From Flectonema sp. DT1601 (Eukaryota), in assembly GCA_964019425.1 (NCBI GenBank), contig OZ025790.1:186001-250000 (forward strand): a stretch of 64,000 bases of DNA, given 5' to 3'. Positions 44,640 to 56,375 of the stretch are shown piece after piece. The notes below the pieces were generated by a model. The model saw nothing but the letters and a program-made list of their open reading frames with translations, had not been told where the DNA came from and searched no databases. Position numbers and translations under genes: made by a program. Each line of letters opens with the position of its first letter. Positions within the stretch are counted from its first letter, which is position 1.

Positions 44640-46924
44640 TCATCCAATATTACCAGGAGGCGCGAATAAACTATCATGTTGTGACCTCACCCACTTCTTT
44701 AGAATAGTTGCCCAACTTGATACAGATTGTTTTGGAGTCAAAGGTTTATAAGCAACATACAACTCGTACGTTCGTCCAATACGGGCTAACACTGAATAGT
44801 GTTCAGTAGTGTATGTTGTTGTTCGCTTTGCACCAACACATGTTTTCGCACCTTCACGTGCCTTTAGGTAAAGACGAAGAAGACCTTTTTGTTCCTTTCT
44901 TGTAACGAAGGGTGGACCGAATCGAGTGACAGTGTGTTGGTTTAAGGAACTGTCTTTAAATATAAAGTGAAGAACCTCATCTTGGAGTCGTTCCTGTGGT
45001 AGTTTATTTCTTTTTTATTCCCTTCTTCTTTTTTTCTTAATTTTGTTTTTATTGTTAACAAGGTTCAGAACATACTTGGATGTCAACATCTCTTATACCG
45101 TATAACCGACAGGAAGCTACCTCCGCAAGAGGTCCTGACGTCGGTTCTGACGGTGGAATACCCGTAGCAACTCTCTCTGTTGTTTTATTTTAAAGTTTTT
45201 TCATTTTAAAAAAAAAAAAAAAAAAAAAAGGAAGGAAGGAAGGAAGGAAGGAAGGAAGGAAGAAAAAAAAAAACCATACCCCTATTTGTCAGCATAAAGT
45301 CTAAAGCCAAAGCATCCTTCACTCCACGAAAAGGAGTGAAGGCCTCGTTCGATGTACTGACTAAAACCAGTGATATTGTTGGTGTTATATAAGTCATGTA
45401 CAGGTATAGAAATCCTTCCGGAGAAAACTCTGGTAGGCAACAAGGCGCCCACATCTCTTGATATTTCGCAGATTGTGGAAGGGAACTCTGAACAAAATTT
45501 GATAAAATACAAAAATCTCTCGGGTGAATCGGACTCTTGTCCATTGACAAGTACCCAACTAATAAACATGCATTAGATGAACCAATCCCTCCGAGAGAAA
45601 ACGATGATCTTGCTTCAGGAATGTGATACAAAACCATCGCATAAGGCGTCGATTGCAAATCAGCTCCACATTCTCTTAAACGAGCCCTAATAGTTTTACA
45701 TATCAAGTCCCTACATGATTTTTTTAATTTCAATACCGGAATAGATGTCAATCCAAATGCCGGATTATTATTCATAAGTCTAATGGCTCCAGTCATCATA
45801 CTTTCTGTTCCTCCGAGGAGTTGTCTGAGATCGTAGTTGGATCGTTTTTCAAAGATCTGATGGACACCATCAGTCAGTATAGACAACACAAACATATGTA
45901 AAAACTGAAGCTGACTGTGTAACTGACCAACTGACTCTCCCGTTGAACTCACAGCTAAGTATACTATTGAACCGTGTGTTAAATACACGTATAGTTTTCG
46001 ACCTGCTTTTGCATATCGAACGTTCGCAGCGCTTGGTGGTTTTTGAGCCTTAGTCAAGTCTAATGAGGCGGTATGGCTCATCGTCTTTGCTGAAACCGAA
46101 AGTATTAAGTTCATCATTCCAAAGAAATCAAGGAATTCAGTCTCATCACCATATCTCGTGTAGATTGGTCTTGATGCGTCTGAGAATATGAACATGTGTT
46201 TGTTACGACATTGCCATGTTTGTCTCCATTCGTCATCAGACTTTCCACTTTCACTTTCAGCTTTTTCTTCCACAGGTGGGATAGGTTGGCTCACTGCTTG
46301 TTGAGATGCCGCGCGTGTTCGTTGAATTTTATTTGCGACTTCCTCAGCTGTTTGATCTGTTGAATTTTGTGATTGCGGAGTATCTTTGTGATCTGGTTCT
46401 TGTTGTTCTTCAACACCATCACTGCTGCTGCTACTGAGAACATCAGTAGTTGGACATTCATCAATATTTGATATTAAATTACCTTCACTAGATGCGGTTA
46501 TCTTTTCAGTTAGTTCTGATGTTGGGAGAGGAGGTTGTTGAGGAGACTCTCCTCCTCTACTTCTTGACTCAACTGATGATAATGCAGCTGGTACGCAGTC
46601 AGGAGAAACAATTAACGTTGAGCACATTGTTTTGTCTTCATCACTCGATAAGATATCAACACCTTCTCTTGTAAATGATAACAATGAACCAGCTCCATGA
46701 CTCACACGTCCTCCAGCATTAGCTGTACTAGTATTACTGTGACCACCATCAGCAACTACATCTTGCTCTTCTTCAGCAGCGTTTTTAAAACCTTGTTTCA
46801 TGGCTTCCCTTCTTTCTCGATCTCTTTTTCTTGAAGGACTCTCAATTTCTTTTTCTGATTCCGTTGGCTCCATTTCTTCAGTAGCAGTAATTGGATCTTC
46901 ATGGTGCTCTTCTTGAGGGTCCAT
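44640..46924 (-). CDS. MON1: Vacuolar fusion protein MON1/SAND; 3 exons (46924-45280, 45176-45076, 44993-44640)
   Basis: KHMFIFSDASRPIYTRYGDE, NYDLRQLLGGTE, WAPCCLPEFSPEGFLYLY. Splicing adds a Mon1-type C-terminus (VLHFIFKD...YELYVAYKPLTPK...LKKWVRSQHDSLF) ending at TGA 44642-44640. Confidence 0.9.
44994..45075 (-). other. cis-intron 2 of MON1, 82 nt
   Basis: CAA|GTATGT...AAATAAACTACCACAG|GAA, phase 0. Confidence 0.8.
45177..45279 (-). other. cis-intron 1 of MON1, 103 nt, contains (CTTC)n microsatellite
   Basis: AGG G|GTATGG...AAAATAAAACAACAG|AG, phase 1; frame restored. Confidence 0.78.
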
Positions 46925-47070
46925 CTTTATAGTCCCTGTTGAGAAAATATAATTAAACAATTCCACAATAAGAATACCTAAAAGTGTCTATAAAGTAACC
47001 TGAAAAGGCTTCTCTGAGAAGGGATCGTGTGTAAATGATTTTCAAAAAAAAAAAAAGAAAGAAAAACCCC

Positions 47071-47167
47071 TATTGAGCGCAGCTAGTATTACTGACATCC
47101 CATAACATGATATAATAAATAAACAGTTCTTAAATCTGAATAGTTTTCTTCTCCGACTCCGTCAGTG
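47071..47167 (+). repeat. Dispersed hairpin repeat, copy D (5'-truncated), 11 nt past the ARM gene stop
   Basis: ttgagcgcagctagtattactga...taacatgatataataaataaacagttcttaaatctgaatagttttcttctccgactccgtcagtg + A-run. Confidence 0.85.
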
Positions 47168-47178
47168 AAAAAAAAATA

Positions 47179-50100
47179 TTAAAATGGTGTTGCGAAATGT
47201 GATGACAGCAACACACCAACACCTTCTTGTTGTAATAACTTAACGGAGAATTGATATCTAAGGATCAGTGATATTAATTTCGAGGCGCATCTCATCATGT
47301 CTTGTTTACCAGTCAATGCTATCTTTACTGCAGGAGAGACTCCCTCATCCATTATTGATTTCACTATGTCATGTAGTCGAATCATTTTTGCTTCTGCAGC
47401 ACGTTCTCGTTCCTTAGTAGTTTTATCTCGTCCTATAGCATCGTAGGTATCACGAGCACCACCCATGATCAAGTAAGAAAGAGCAGAGCAAGAGGCTTTA
47501 AATATTGCCGGCACAGGATTACGTAAAGTGCTGCATAAGACAGGAATAACACCAGCCGATACCAACTCCGAATGGTTCTGTGGATCTCTTGCTAAAGTGC
47601 TAAGACCAGTGACACCTGATGCTACTCGAGTACTGTCAAATCTATCTTTTCCTGCTGCTAGAAACTCTTCAACAGATATTGAAGTCACCACAACTGTTGT
47701 AGGAGGATGATCAAGAATTGACAATGCGCTGTTCAAATGCCAACGAGCATCTACCGGAAGCTGTTTCGGCAATGTCGCTGAAAGCTCTCTCAACGTATCC
47801 TCCGCTTCTCTAATTGACCTGACTGCTGCTGAACCACCGTCTGATAAGTTGCTTATTAACCTGCATATTTCACACAATATTGACGCCAAAAGTGCTGTTT
47901 TCCCGGAATCGAACTTGCGAATTCTACCATTACATAAAGTATCAACATCGAGTAGGTCTGTGATGAACGATAAAGCACTCTTACCTAACATGTCAAACCC
48001 GCTTACGGCAATCATTCTACTGTGGGCAGCAGGTTCTTCTGAGACTCTAACTAAGATATAAATAGCAGCGTGAATGATGTGCGGGTCAGAATGAGATAAC
48101 AGGTTACAAAGATTCTTAAGAACACCTGTCTTATCGTCTGCCAGTTGATGTCGTTGAGTTCCTCCTGCGATGCAATTACCAACAGTTCGGAGTAGAGCAA
48201 CGCAGAGTCTGGTGTCAGAACCTGCCAGGCATTCAGAGTAGGCAAGTTTAACCATATCGTCGACAGTAAGAACTTTCAAAACTGATATCATAGATGATGT
48301 TTTCGTTCCATTACCTGCAGCAGTCATAAGTAGGAGTGCTCTTGCTGCATGAGTTCTGGTTGAAGCGTCTTGTAAGTCCCAAGGAAATTTAGAACCATGT
48401 TTTACATAATCGTGTACATTGATAGTTGATCTTCCAGGTACAACTTTCGGAGGTGGTTTTGATCCAGCTGGCTTTGATGGTTTTGTTGTAGCAGCTCTCT
48501 TAAGTTCAAGAATCATCGCAGTATCAACATGATCAGTTAACCAAGAATCACATGAAAGGATTACACAAAGTGTTCCAAGTGCTGTTGATGCTAATTTAGA
48601 CTTTTGTAAAGATCTTCTGTACGCTCCCATTATCCGAGCTATTGCAGGTTGACATTGATCTCTAGCTGCTTGATTCTTAACATATACCTGAGATGTGAAC
48701 CATGATTTCATCTCTATTGAAATGTAACAAATCCCCTGAAGAGCTTGTAGTTGTAATTTTTCAGAATCCGTCTCAACAAACTCAAGCAGGTTAGTCATGA
48801 ATGACATCCTTGCTGCAAGTTGAAGAGAATCCGGATTGGCATCTTTACCACACAAGTTTATTATAACTGACGTACACGATAACTGTATGTCTCTAGTTCT
48901 TGATGATAAAAGGTTTTTAACACCTTTGAATACCTTTTCAGTCGCGAATTCATTTCTAACACTAACCGTATTTGAAAGATAGTGTAGAGAAGCAGCGATG
49001 TTGACGCGAGTGTCAGAATGTTCACATTTTGATAAAAGTGCTAATTTTGGAATGAACCCAACGTTGACAGCATGTTTATGAGAAGCAGGATTTCCTAAAA
49101 CAGATTTAATTATCATGGAGGCTGCGTGGATTCTGTTGACACTGCAACGTTCAGTTGTGGATCTAATTATCTTTCCCAATGAATCTGAAGAAAACATTGC
49201 GTGTTGCATTACACTTTCACTTGATAACAAATGTGAAATAGCCACTAGTGAACCAGACGCGACAGCATCAAGAATATTAGCTCCTCCCTTGCCACAGTCG
49301 TCTTCAGAGTCTTGCAATACCTCTGAAGCTGTTTTGTATGATTGAGCGAGTTCGTCATCATCGTCATCATCTTTGTCTTTGTTGGTCGCTCTGCGTTCAT
49401 TTATTTTATTTTTAGCATTTTTTCGTTGTTGTTCGAAGTCTTTTGCTCTCTGCTGAAGTTCACACTTCCTCTCTTTATCGTCAGTTATCAGCAACAATGA
49501 TTCAAAAAGTTGAATACTACTGACGCGATCTCTGTAAGCAGGACGTTCCAACATGTATGAGAATATTCGTAAGACATTACGAAGTGGTTCTGGAGAAGGA
49601 CATTTAAGGACTGCTTCTATAACATTTCCAGCGAGCTTACACCTAACAAAGCATTCTCGAAGGTCTAATTCAGGTGTTATTGTTTTGCATATGATTTCAG
49701 ACCCAACTTGTACGATTGATAAGTCTGGATACACTAATGATCTAAATAGAAGTGTTGCTCCACCTTTCTCAAGAACCTTCCAACGGATTAACTCATTCCC
49801 AGCTAGGTGACCAATTGTTTGTAAAAGTGTTTTAAATATGATACTGTTATTACGAGCTTTACCGCTGTTTGAGAATAATTGAATCGCTTGAAGGACGTTT
49901 TGAGATACGAAAACTTCTCCGAGTTCTTTGTTGCTGCAGAGTTGAGCGACAGCAGCGAATGCCTCGACACGAACTCGGGTTAACGGAGACTTAGTCAGTT
50001 CCATTATAATACTGATTCCACCTTCATCAAGGATAGCTCTTCTAAATGAGTGAGGGTCAGTATTTGATAACAAACCTAATCCTTCAGCTGCAAGTTGTTT

Positions 50101-53100
50101 TACACTTAAGTCATCGTACTCAAGGGCTCTCAGAATAAATGAGACCCCTCTCAGTTCTATAAATCTAAATAAGTTCTTCTTTGATTCCAACAACTTAAAA
50201 CAAGTCCTAGCAGCTGCTATCTGACAAGTAATGTCCTGAACAGCAGCAGACGGCATAAATGTATCCCAATCATAAGCACTCAGCATTGCTATTTGAGTGT
50301 CTGGATCTGAAGCGAGGTTGAAGAGTAACTCAAGACACCATCGCTGTAATTCTGAATTCTGGTTTCTCATTCTGATTTGAAGATCCATTTTATTCATGAG
50401 GTGTTCTCGTTCTTCATATGTAAGTCCTGCTTCTTGAAGAGCAGCATGAGTGAGAGCGTTTTGCATTCCATTCTTTAAAGCTGTATCAGCTTCCAACTGC
50501 TGACATGTTTCTTTAAAAGTTTTTTCCATCTCTGCCGTAACCAATGCGGATGTTCTTAACGTTAAGACTGCCTGATCGATAGTTCCTTCAGTTACCAGTT
50601 TGTTTCTTAGTTTTTCAAATTTTGATATTGCGGCTAGGCATCCAGCGGCTTCCTTCCTAACATCAAGTGTAGTCGATTGCATGCATGTGATAAACATATC
50701 CAGGCAGTAGTATTCAGATAGTAGTGCAGTGGCTCCAGTCTCGAGAATACAAAAAGACTTCAACGCCATCAACAAATTTTCCAACATAGTGACATTTCGT
50801 GATAGTACGAATGATGATAATTTTTGTTCCATACTACTTTTTATAGTCTTGTCTTTCGATTCTTTTTTTGACTGTTCAGCATCTTCCGCAACACCACAAG
50901 CCTTCTTAGCGACATCTACAAGAACTGCGGTGAGCTTTCGGTTTCTCATTTCTTCGGCTGCGATTGGATCACCAAGAAGGCAACCTATGCATTGAACAGT
51001 TTGTAAGATGACATCAAAATTATCACTTTGGAAAAGCCTTTCCAGACTATCGATAATTTTAGCCTCTGCCAATATGGTGCAATTTTCACTACTTTGAGCA
51101 AGGTTAGCAATAACGTGAATCGCGTGTCTCTGTAGTGTTGCATTCGGAGAATCAGTCATCTTCAGTAACATAGATGCAGGTATGATTGATAGTACAACAC
51201 CAGCACTTTTAGAACTCTTTGTAGCTGATACAAGGCATCTCATCGCCTGTAATGTTAAAGCGAATCTATCCATTTGAAGTACATAGCATAACTGTCTTAT
51301 GATTGTTTCAGCGTTGCTTACTTCTTGGATGACACCGCTAATGGATCCGAGATTTCCGACAGTGCTAAGGATTTGAATTAGAAGATCATCGTCTGTTGTA
51401 CCCATGTGTCTAACGACTACTCTAACTCCATCTTGTTCAATGAGTGCGACTTTGTTTGATTCAATTCGTGATGTTAGGATTGCTATTGCCTTTGATGCTT
51501 CTCTTAGAATGTGTGAGTCTTCTTCTTTCAACAATTCTATTAGTGATGATAACACTCCGTCTTTAACCATTACCAATTGATGACTATCATCATTAAGTTC
51601 TGATAAGTTTCTTATAGCTGACGCACATGCTTTTTTCAATTGAATATCACTGCTTGATGAGAATTGAATTATCAAAGGCAACCCACCAGCATTCATAATC
51701 TCAAACTTTGCTTCATTCGTACTAAGCATTCCCAATGCTCTAATAGTATGAATGGCTGTGTCTGTAGGGCAGTGAAACCCTCGTAGTACACTAATTAATG
51801 CAACTGGACCTCCCGACTCGATTATAATCCGCTGATATTGTCCACTAGTTCGTCCGATGTTAGCGAGTGCCGCAGCAGCTTCTTTGTGAATTAATCGATG
51901 ACTACTGTATCTTAATAAGTCAACAAGGGATGCGACTGCATCATCTTCTAGTACGACCATTCTACAAGGTCCGCTGTGTAGTGCCAGGTTAGCGATTACA
52001 GCACTTGCATGTTGTTGTCCTTCAGTGTCAAAACCTGATCGCAGAACATATAAAACACTTTTTGTACCACCCAAGTCACAAAGTAGTTGACAAACATATC
52101 CAAAAGTTGTTAAGTGTTTTAATGCTTTTGTACACATCGTCATACACAGAAATCGAGCGCTGTATCCAATATCTTCACCCATTGAATTGAATAATTGACT
52201 TTGTGAAGCAGCTCGTTCTTCTTCTTCGATAGGTCCAGTGCTTGTTTGTCGTACGGCAGATGAATCGTCTGTTGTGCACCAATTAAATATTGTGACAAGT
52301 GCTTCAAGGCATCCTTCTCGTACAAGGAATTCCTTCTCCTCGTCAGATCCGCTTTCGCCACATCCTAGAGTGGTGACTCTGTGTCCTCCAGATGCGATTG
52401 TTGCTATGGCTCTTGCGACTTCGTACCATGCTTGAGGTTCGCTTTCAGTGTACTTTAGAACAGAAAAAATCAACTTAAGACCGTCAGACTCAACGAATTC
52501 CCTTCTCATGGCAGCGTTCTGAAGACAATTAGCAATGCCCCACAATCCTTGAATGACGTTGTCAAGTTTGTTACTGAATACTAATGAATAAAGCATCATC
52601 ATAGTTTCACGAGGTTCAATCAAACTTAAATCACCATGAATTGAGTAATTACAATAAACAGAAGCGACTAAGTGAAGTAGTAACTTATCACAACGTGAAG
52701 ACATGAGCACCTGAGTTAGTCTAAATAAGATACCCTTAGTACCGATAGTAATTCGAACAACTTCTTCTTTGGAGAGGTTTGCAAGTAGTCTCATTGAAGT
52801 GAATTGGATATCACCGTAGAGAGTACCAACAAAACAAAGACCAACTACTGACATCATTCCTTCAGCGATTATTGATTGTCGTCCACTGTGTCGTTCTGAT
52901 AATCTTGTCAGTGCGCGAAGTGATTGTAGCTGAACTCGAGGTTCGACATGATCCAATAGTCTGACTAGTTCTGGAACACCACCAACACCCTTTTGAGATC
53001 CTCCTTCAACTTGATTTCTGTTACCATCTTCAGACAATAAATTACTCACTATCGCTACCAGTATTTCTATTTCTTCTCTCGATAAGTTATTTATGTTTGA

Positions 53101-53430
53101 TAACATTTCTAAAAGGTCTTCCAACACACGTTTTCCAACCGTAACCTTTGCCTCTCGATCCCTCGTACAAGTCATTGCATAGCATAGTAGGTAGGCTTGC
53201 TTTGATACTGCAGGTTGCCTTGATCCTAACAAGACCATTACCTCACCAAGATGATGTGATTCACACATAACTTGTTGAGCGATTGATGCTACGTCTCTTT
53301 CATGGCAGAGTCCTTCCAATTTCTTCAATGCTGCTGCTCGAATTGTTGGTGCTTTTGAAAGATCTGTTGCGATGCCCATTTGTTTGTTAACTTTATCAAT
53401 CAGTTTTGGTCTTCCCATTGAGGTTCCCAT
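47179..53430 (-). CDS. Large armadillo-repeat protein (Vac8-like repeats), 2083 aa
   Basis: Repeated ~42-aa ARM units (AAAALANIG, GGPVALISVL, GGLPLIIQF, ACASAIRNLS, GVLSSLIELL, AGVIPVLCSTL). Confidence 0.88.
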   Translation of the reverse strand: MGTSMGRPKLIDKVNKQMGIATDLSKAPTIRAAALKKLEGLCHERDVASIAQQVMCESHHLGEVMVLLGSRQPAVSKQAYLLCYAMTCTRDREAKVTVGKRVLEDLLEMLSNINNLSREEIEILVAIVSNLLSEDGNRNQVEGGSQKGVGGVPELVRLLDHVEPRVQLQSLRALTRLSERHSGRQSIIAEGMMSVVGLCFVGTLYGDIQFTSMRLLANLSKEEVVRITIGTKGILFRLTQVLMSSRCDKLLLHLVASVYCNYSIHGDLSLIEPRETMMMLYSLVFSNKLDNVIQGLWGIANCLQNAAMRREFVESDGLKLIFSVLKYTESEPQAWYEVARAIATIASGGHRVTTLGCGESGSDEEKEFLVREGCLEALVTIFNWCTTDDSSAVRQTSTGPIEEEERAASQSQLFNSMGEDIGYSARFLCMTMCTKALKHLTTFGYVCQLLCDLGGTKSVLYVLRSGFDTEGQQHASAVIANLALHSGPCRMVVLEDDAVASLVDLLRYSSHRLIHKEAAAALANIGRTSGQYQRIIIESGGPVALISVLRGFHCPTDTAIHTIRALGMLSTNEAKFEIMNAGGLPLIIQFSSSSDIQLKKACASAIRNLSELNDDSHQLVMVKDGVLSSLIELLKEEDSHILREASKAIAILTSRIESNKVALIEQDGVRVVVRHMGTTDDDLLIQILSTVGNLGSISGVIQEVSNAETIIRQLCYVLQMDRFALTLQAMRCLVSATKSSKSAGVVLSIIPASMLLKMTDSPNATLQRHAIHVIANLAQSSENCTILAEAKIIDSLERLFQSDNFDVILQTVQCIGCLLGDPIAAEEMRNRKLTAVLVDVAKKACGVAEDAEQSKKESKDKTIKSSMEQKLSSFVLSRNVTMLENLLMALKSFCILETGATALLSEYYCLDMFITCMQSTTLDVRKEAAGCLAAISKFEKLRNKLVTEGTIDQAVLTLRTSALVTAEMEKTFKETCQQLEADTALKNGMQNALTHAALQEAGLTYEEREHLMNKMDLQIRMRNQNSELQRWCLELLFNLASDPDTQIAMLSAYDWDTFMPSAAVQDITCQIAAARTCFKLLESKKNLFRFIELRGVSFILRALEYDDLSVKQLAAEGLGLLSNTDPHSFRRAILDEGGISIIMELTKSPLTRVRVEAFAAVAQLCSNKELGEVFVSQNVLQAIQLFSNSGKARNNSIIFKTLLQTIGHLAGNELIRWKVLEKGGATLLFRSLVYPDLSIVQVGSEIICKTITPELDLRECFVRCKLAGNVIEAVLKCPSPEPLRNVLRIFSYMLERPAYRDRVSSIQLFESLLLITDDKERKCELQQRAKDFEQQRKNAKNKINERRATNKDKDDDDDDELAQSYKTASEVLQDSEDDCGKGGANILDAVASGSLVAISHLLSSESVMQHAMFSSDSLGKIIRSTTERCSVNRIHAASMIIKSVLGNPASHKHAVNVGFIPKLALLSKCEHSDTRVNIAASLHYLSNTVSVRNEFATEKVFKGVKNLLSSRTRDIQLSCTSVIINLCGKDANPDSLQLAARMSFMTNLLEFVETDSEKLQLQALQGICYISIEMKSWFTSQVYVKNQAARDQCQPAIARIMGAYRRSLQKSKLASTALGTLCVILSCDSWLTDHVDTAMILELKRAATTKPSKPAGSKPPPKVVPGRSTINVHDYVKHGSKFPWDLQDASTRTHAARALLLMTAAGNGTKTSSMISVLKVLTVDDMVKLAYSECLAGSDTRLCVALLRTVGNCIAGGTQRHQLADDKTGVLKNLCNLLSHSDPHIIHAAIYILVRVSEEPAAHSRMIAVSGFDMLGKSALSFITDLLDVDTLCNGRIRKFDSGKTALLASILCEICRLISNLSDGGSAAVRSIREAEDTLRELSATLPKQLPVDARWHLNSALSILDHPPTTVVVTSISVEEFLAAGKDRFDSTRVASGVTGLSTLARDPQNHSELVSAGVIPVLCSTLRNPVPAIFKASCSALSYLIMGGARDTYDAIGRDKTTKERERAAEAKMIRLHDIVKSIMDEGVSPAVKIALTGKQDMMRCASKLISLILRYQFSVKLLQQEGVGVLLSSHFATPF

Positions 53431-54367
53431 GTTTTATGTTTTGACTCCACCACCCAGAAAGGGTGGTTGTCTTCGACCTGGGTTATGAAATTAGTATTCA
53501 GAAAAAAAAACAAAAAGAACATTCGTTGCCTAAAACTTTCCGATAATAATGTCAACTTGAGTTTTCTTTTTTTTTTTTTTTTGAGGAAAAACAGTCACAC
53601 AAAAGTTTGGGGAAACGAAGGATATGAACAATTTTGAAGCGACGCCGGTGGTTTCCATTTGGAAATGCGACGACTTCAATTTCCATCCATCGGTATTTGT
53701 TGACACTAATTTTAAAAAAAAAATGCAACAAATAAGTGTGTAAGTGACCCTCTCCATGGAGAATATTTTTTCATAATCCAAACTTTTATACCATCCCTAA
53801 CTTTGTTTTCCTTTTTCTCTTCGGTGTTAATAACATAAAGACACCAGTCTGTTATGTTATAACACAGAGACAAGTTAAATAAACTGCACCAAAAATTGCT
53901 ATTTTTTTATTTCTTTTTTTTTTGGATCATCTGCACACGTAGAAACGTGTTTTTTTTTTTTTTTTTTTTGCAGAATCTCAGACTACATCTCTGAACAACA
54001 AACCCTCCGAATCCGGTTTGTGAAACGACATACTAACGAAGGAAGGAAAAGAGGAAAAAATAATTTTTCTTTTTTTTTTTTTTTTTGTATTAGCGTGTTT
54101 GGAAAAACAACCTTTAAAAAAAAAAGGGGGGAAAAAAGCAACCATTTTCCATACTGAGAAAATAATGAGAATTGTAATTTTTGTTTCATTTTTTTTTTTT
54201 TTAGAAATAATGTTGTTGTTTGTTTTTGAGGACGAGGAAATATGTGTTGAGGGAGGTAATGAAAACACAACAAACAAATATAAAAAAAAATGAACAATTG
54301 CGATTTTTCATCCACAAATAATAAAAAAAAAAAGAAGAGGAAAACAAAGCAATTCCCTCCCCAGAGT

Positions 54368-56108
54368 CTACCAAGCAATGGCACCAGGCGCGTGTCTAAT
54401 AGCAGCGATGCGAGGCTTGTCAGCAAGAGTACAATCACCAGAAGCTGTTTGTTGTAGAAATCTGTAATCTGTTTCAGATAGATTAGCACCAGCTTTAACT
54501 AATATGAGTTTTGGAGTACCAGACCTGTCAAGGATTAGTTGCTTAACGTCACCTGGTTGAATGTCTCGTGCGACTTGTAAGAACATCGCTTTTGAATTTA
54601 TTGGTCTTCCACAGAAACCAGTTATTCGATCATTTCGTCTGACACCTGCCTTGCCTGCTGGTGATGATGATTTTACAGTTACTACTTTTACATGGAATTC
54701 ATCACCGTTTGGAAAGTCAGCTATGGCCATTCCGAGACCACCACGACAACCAGCTAACAGTTCATTACTTGCTTTCATTAACTCAACGATGTCAACGTTG
54801 ATATTGTTATTCGATGATTCCAGTTCATTAAATCCAACAACCATATCCGCTACATTATCAATTGGAGATACAGCCAACTCTGCAGGACTTCTTATACTAC
54901 TATACCCAGGGGATGTGACTTGATCACTGACTGACTCAATCGTCTTCAACGTCGGAGACTCAGTATTATCATTTCTATCTTTCTCCAACAATTTCGGAGC
55001 AAGAGGTGGTCTCAATGCATGAACTGGTGACATGACCACATCTTTTGGAAGCATCCGATGGCTATTCTCACAGTCTCCAGGTGATAACGGAATATCATTG
55101 TTGGGTGTTTTCTGTTTTTTTTGATGGTTGTTGTTTTGAAAATGTCTTTTGTATGAATATATTTTTTTATAAAATAAAAAATACCTCTTGTGATTTATGA
55201 TGTAGAATTGAACCAGCCTCGAGTGCATAGGGAACAGGTGAGAGGGTTCCAAGAAGTTTATCAGTCTGTTGTTGTTTTTGTTTCTTTGCAATGATAAACA
55301 AGGTATAAAGGTAAAAACTCACAACTGATATAAAGCATACCTTACCACATCGGGAACAAACACCTCCAACCAAGTCGCAAGGTAAGACTTCACCAGTCTT
55401 GTTAACTGGACAGGGAGTATTGAATTGCCCACATCGAGTACACTGCCCTTGAGAATAGTTACAAAGCTTTGCTATTATATAACAAGAAGAGTCCCTTGGT
55501 GATGCAGGACAGAATGTTCCAGATATTATTCCTTTGTGGTATAGACCGCGATATTTCGTTCCGGTTGCTTTCCATGTAAAGGAGCCGAGACCGTGCATTT
55601 GGTCTTCCCACCAAAGACCTTCGTAGGTATCACCGTTTGAGAATGTTATTCGTCCATCGCCTTGCTTTTTATCAAGGACCCAATATCCATCATAAATATC
55701 ACTGTTAGCGTAGTGGTAGGTTCCTCTACCGTCCCTACGATTACCTCTAAAGGTTCCCTTGTAGTATTCACCTGATCCCTGACCACCGTATTCCATGAGC
55801 CCATCTCCTGTTCGTTTTCCGTCAATCCATTGCCCGCTGTAGATGTCTCCGTTCAGCATGCAGTAAGTTCCTTCACCATGTCTGATGTAGTTCTTAAACT
55901 CACCATTGTAGTAGGTTCCATTAGCGTAAGTATATATTCCTCTTCCATGAATCCTACCTTCGTACCAAGTACCTTGATAAATGTCACCGTTAGTGTACAC
56001 ATATGTCCCTCGACCATGTTGTTTTCCATCTTTTGTTTCTCCCACATATCCACATCGAAGTTGTGGATCTTCTCTTGCTACCTCGATGGTACGAGCATCG
56101 CAAATCAT
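54368..56108 (-). CDS. MORN-repeat + PDZ domain protein; 3 exons (56108-55341, 55265-55185, 55111-54368)
   Basis: About eight MORN repeats (YxGxWxxGxxHGxGxYxYxNG). Two phase-0 GT-AG introns join them to ORF 54368..55291, which has a PDZ domain (GGLGMAIA...VVTVKSSSPAGKAGVRRNDRI). Confidence 0.8.
55112..55184 (-). other. cis-intron, 73 nt
   Basis: GAG|GTATTT...ACCATCAAAAAAAACAG|AAA; changes frame to the PDZ ORF. Confidence 0.78.
55266..55340 (-). other. Probable in-frame cis-intron, 75 nt, stop-free
   Basis: AAG|GTATGC...CAAAAACAACAACAG|ACT; its translation (VCFISVVSFYLYTLFIIAKKQKQQQ) has intron-like composition. Confidence 0.62.
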
Positions 56109-56375
56109 TTTTTATTCACCATTTGTGGATGGACCAGGTAGGACATAGTCATATCTTGCTGGTTTCCGGTGAGCGATGCTGTGAAGAAAAAGTACATTCT
56201 TTTGAGATGCGACACCAGTGTCAACAGTAAGACTCTTCTACAAAGATCTTTTATTTTTTTTTCTTTAGAATTTAGATTAAGAGGAAAAAAAAAAAAAAAA
56301 AAAAAAATTACCCGTTGCATAGCAGTACTTAGTCACTGCTTAATATCAACACCGACCACGAGGCTTCCACAAAAT

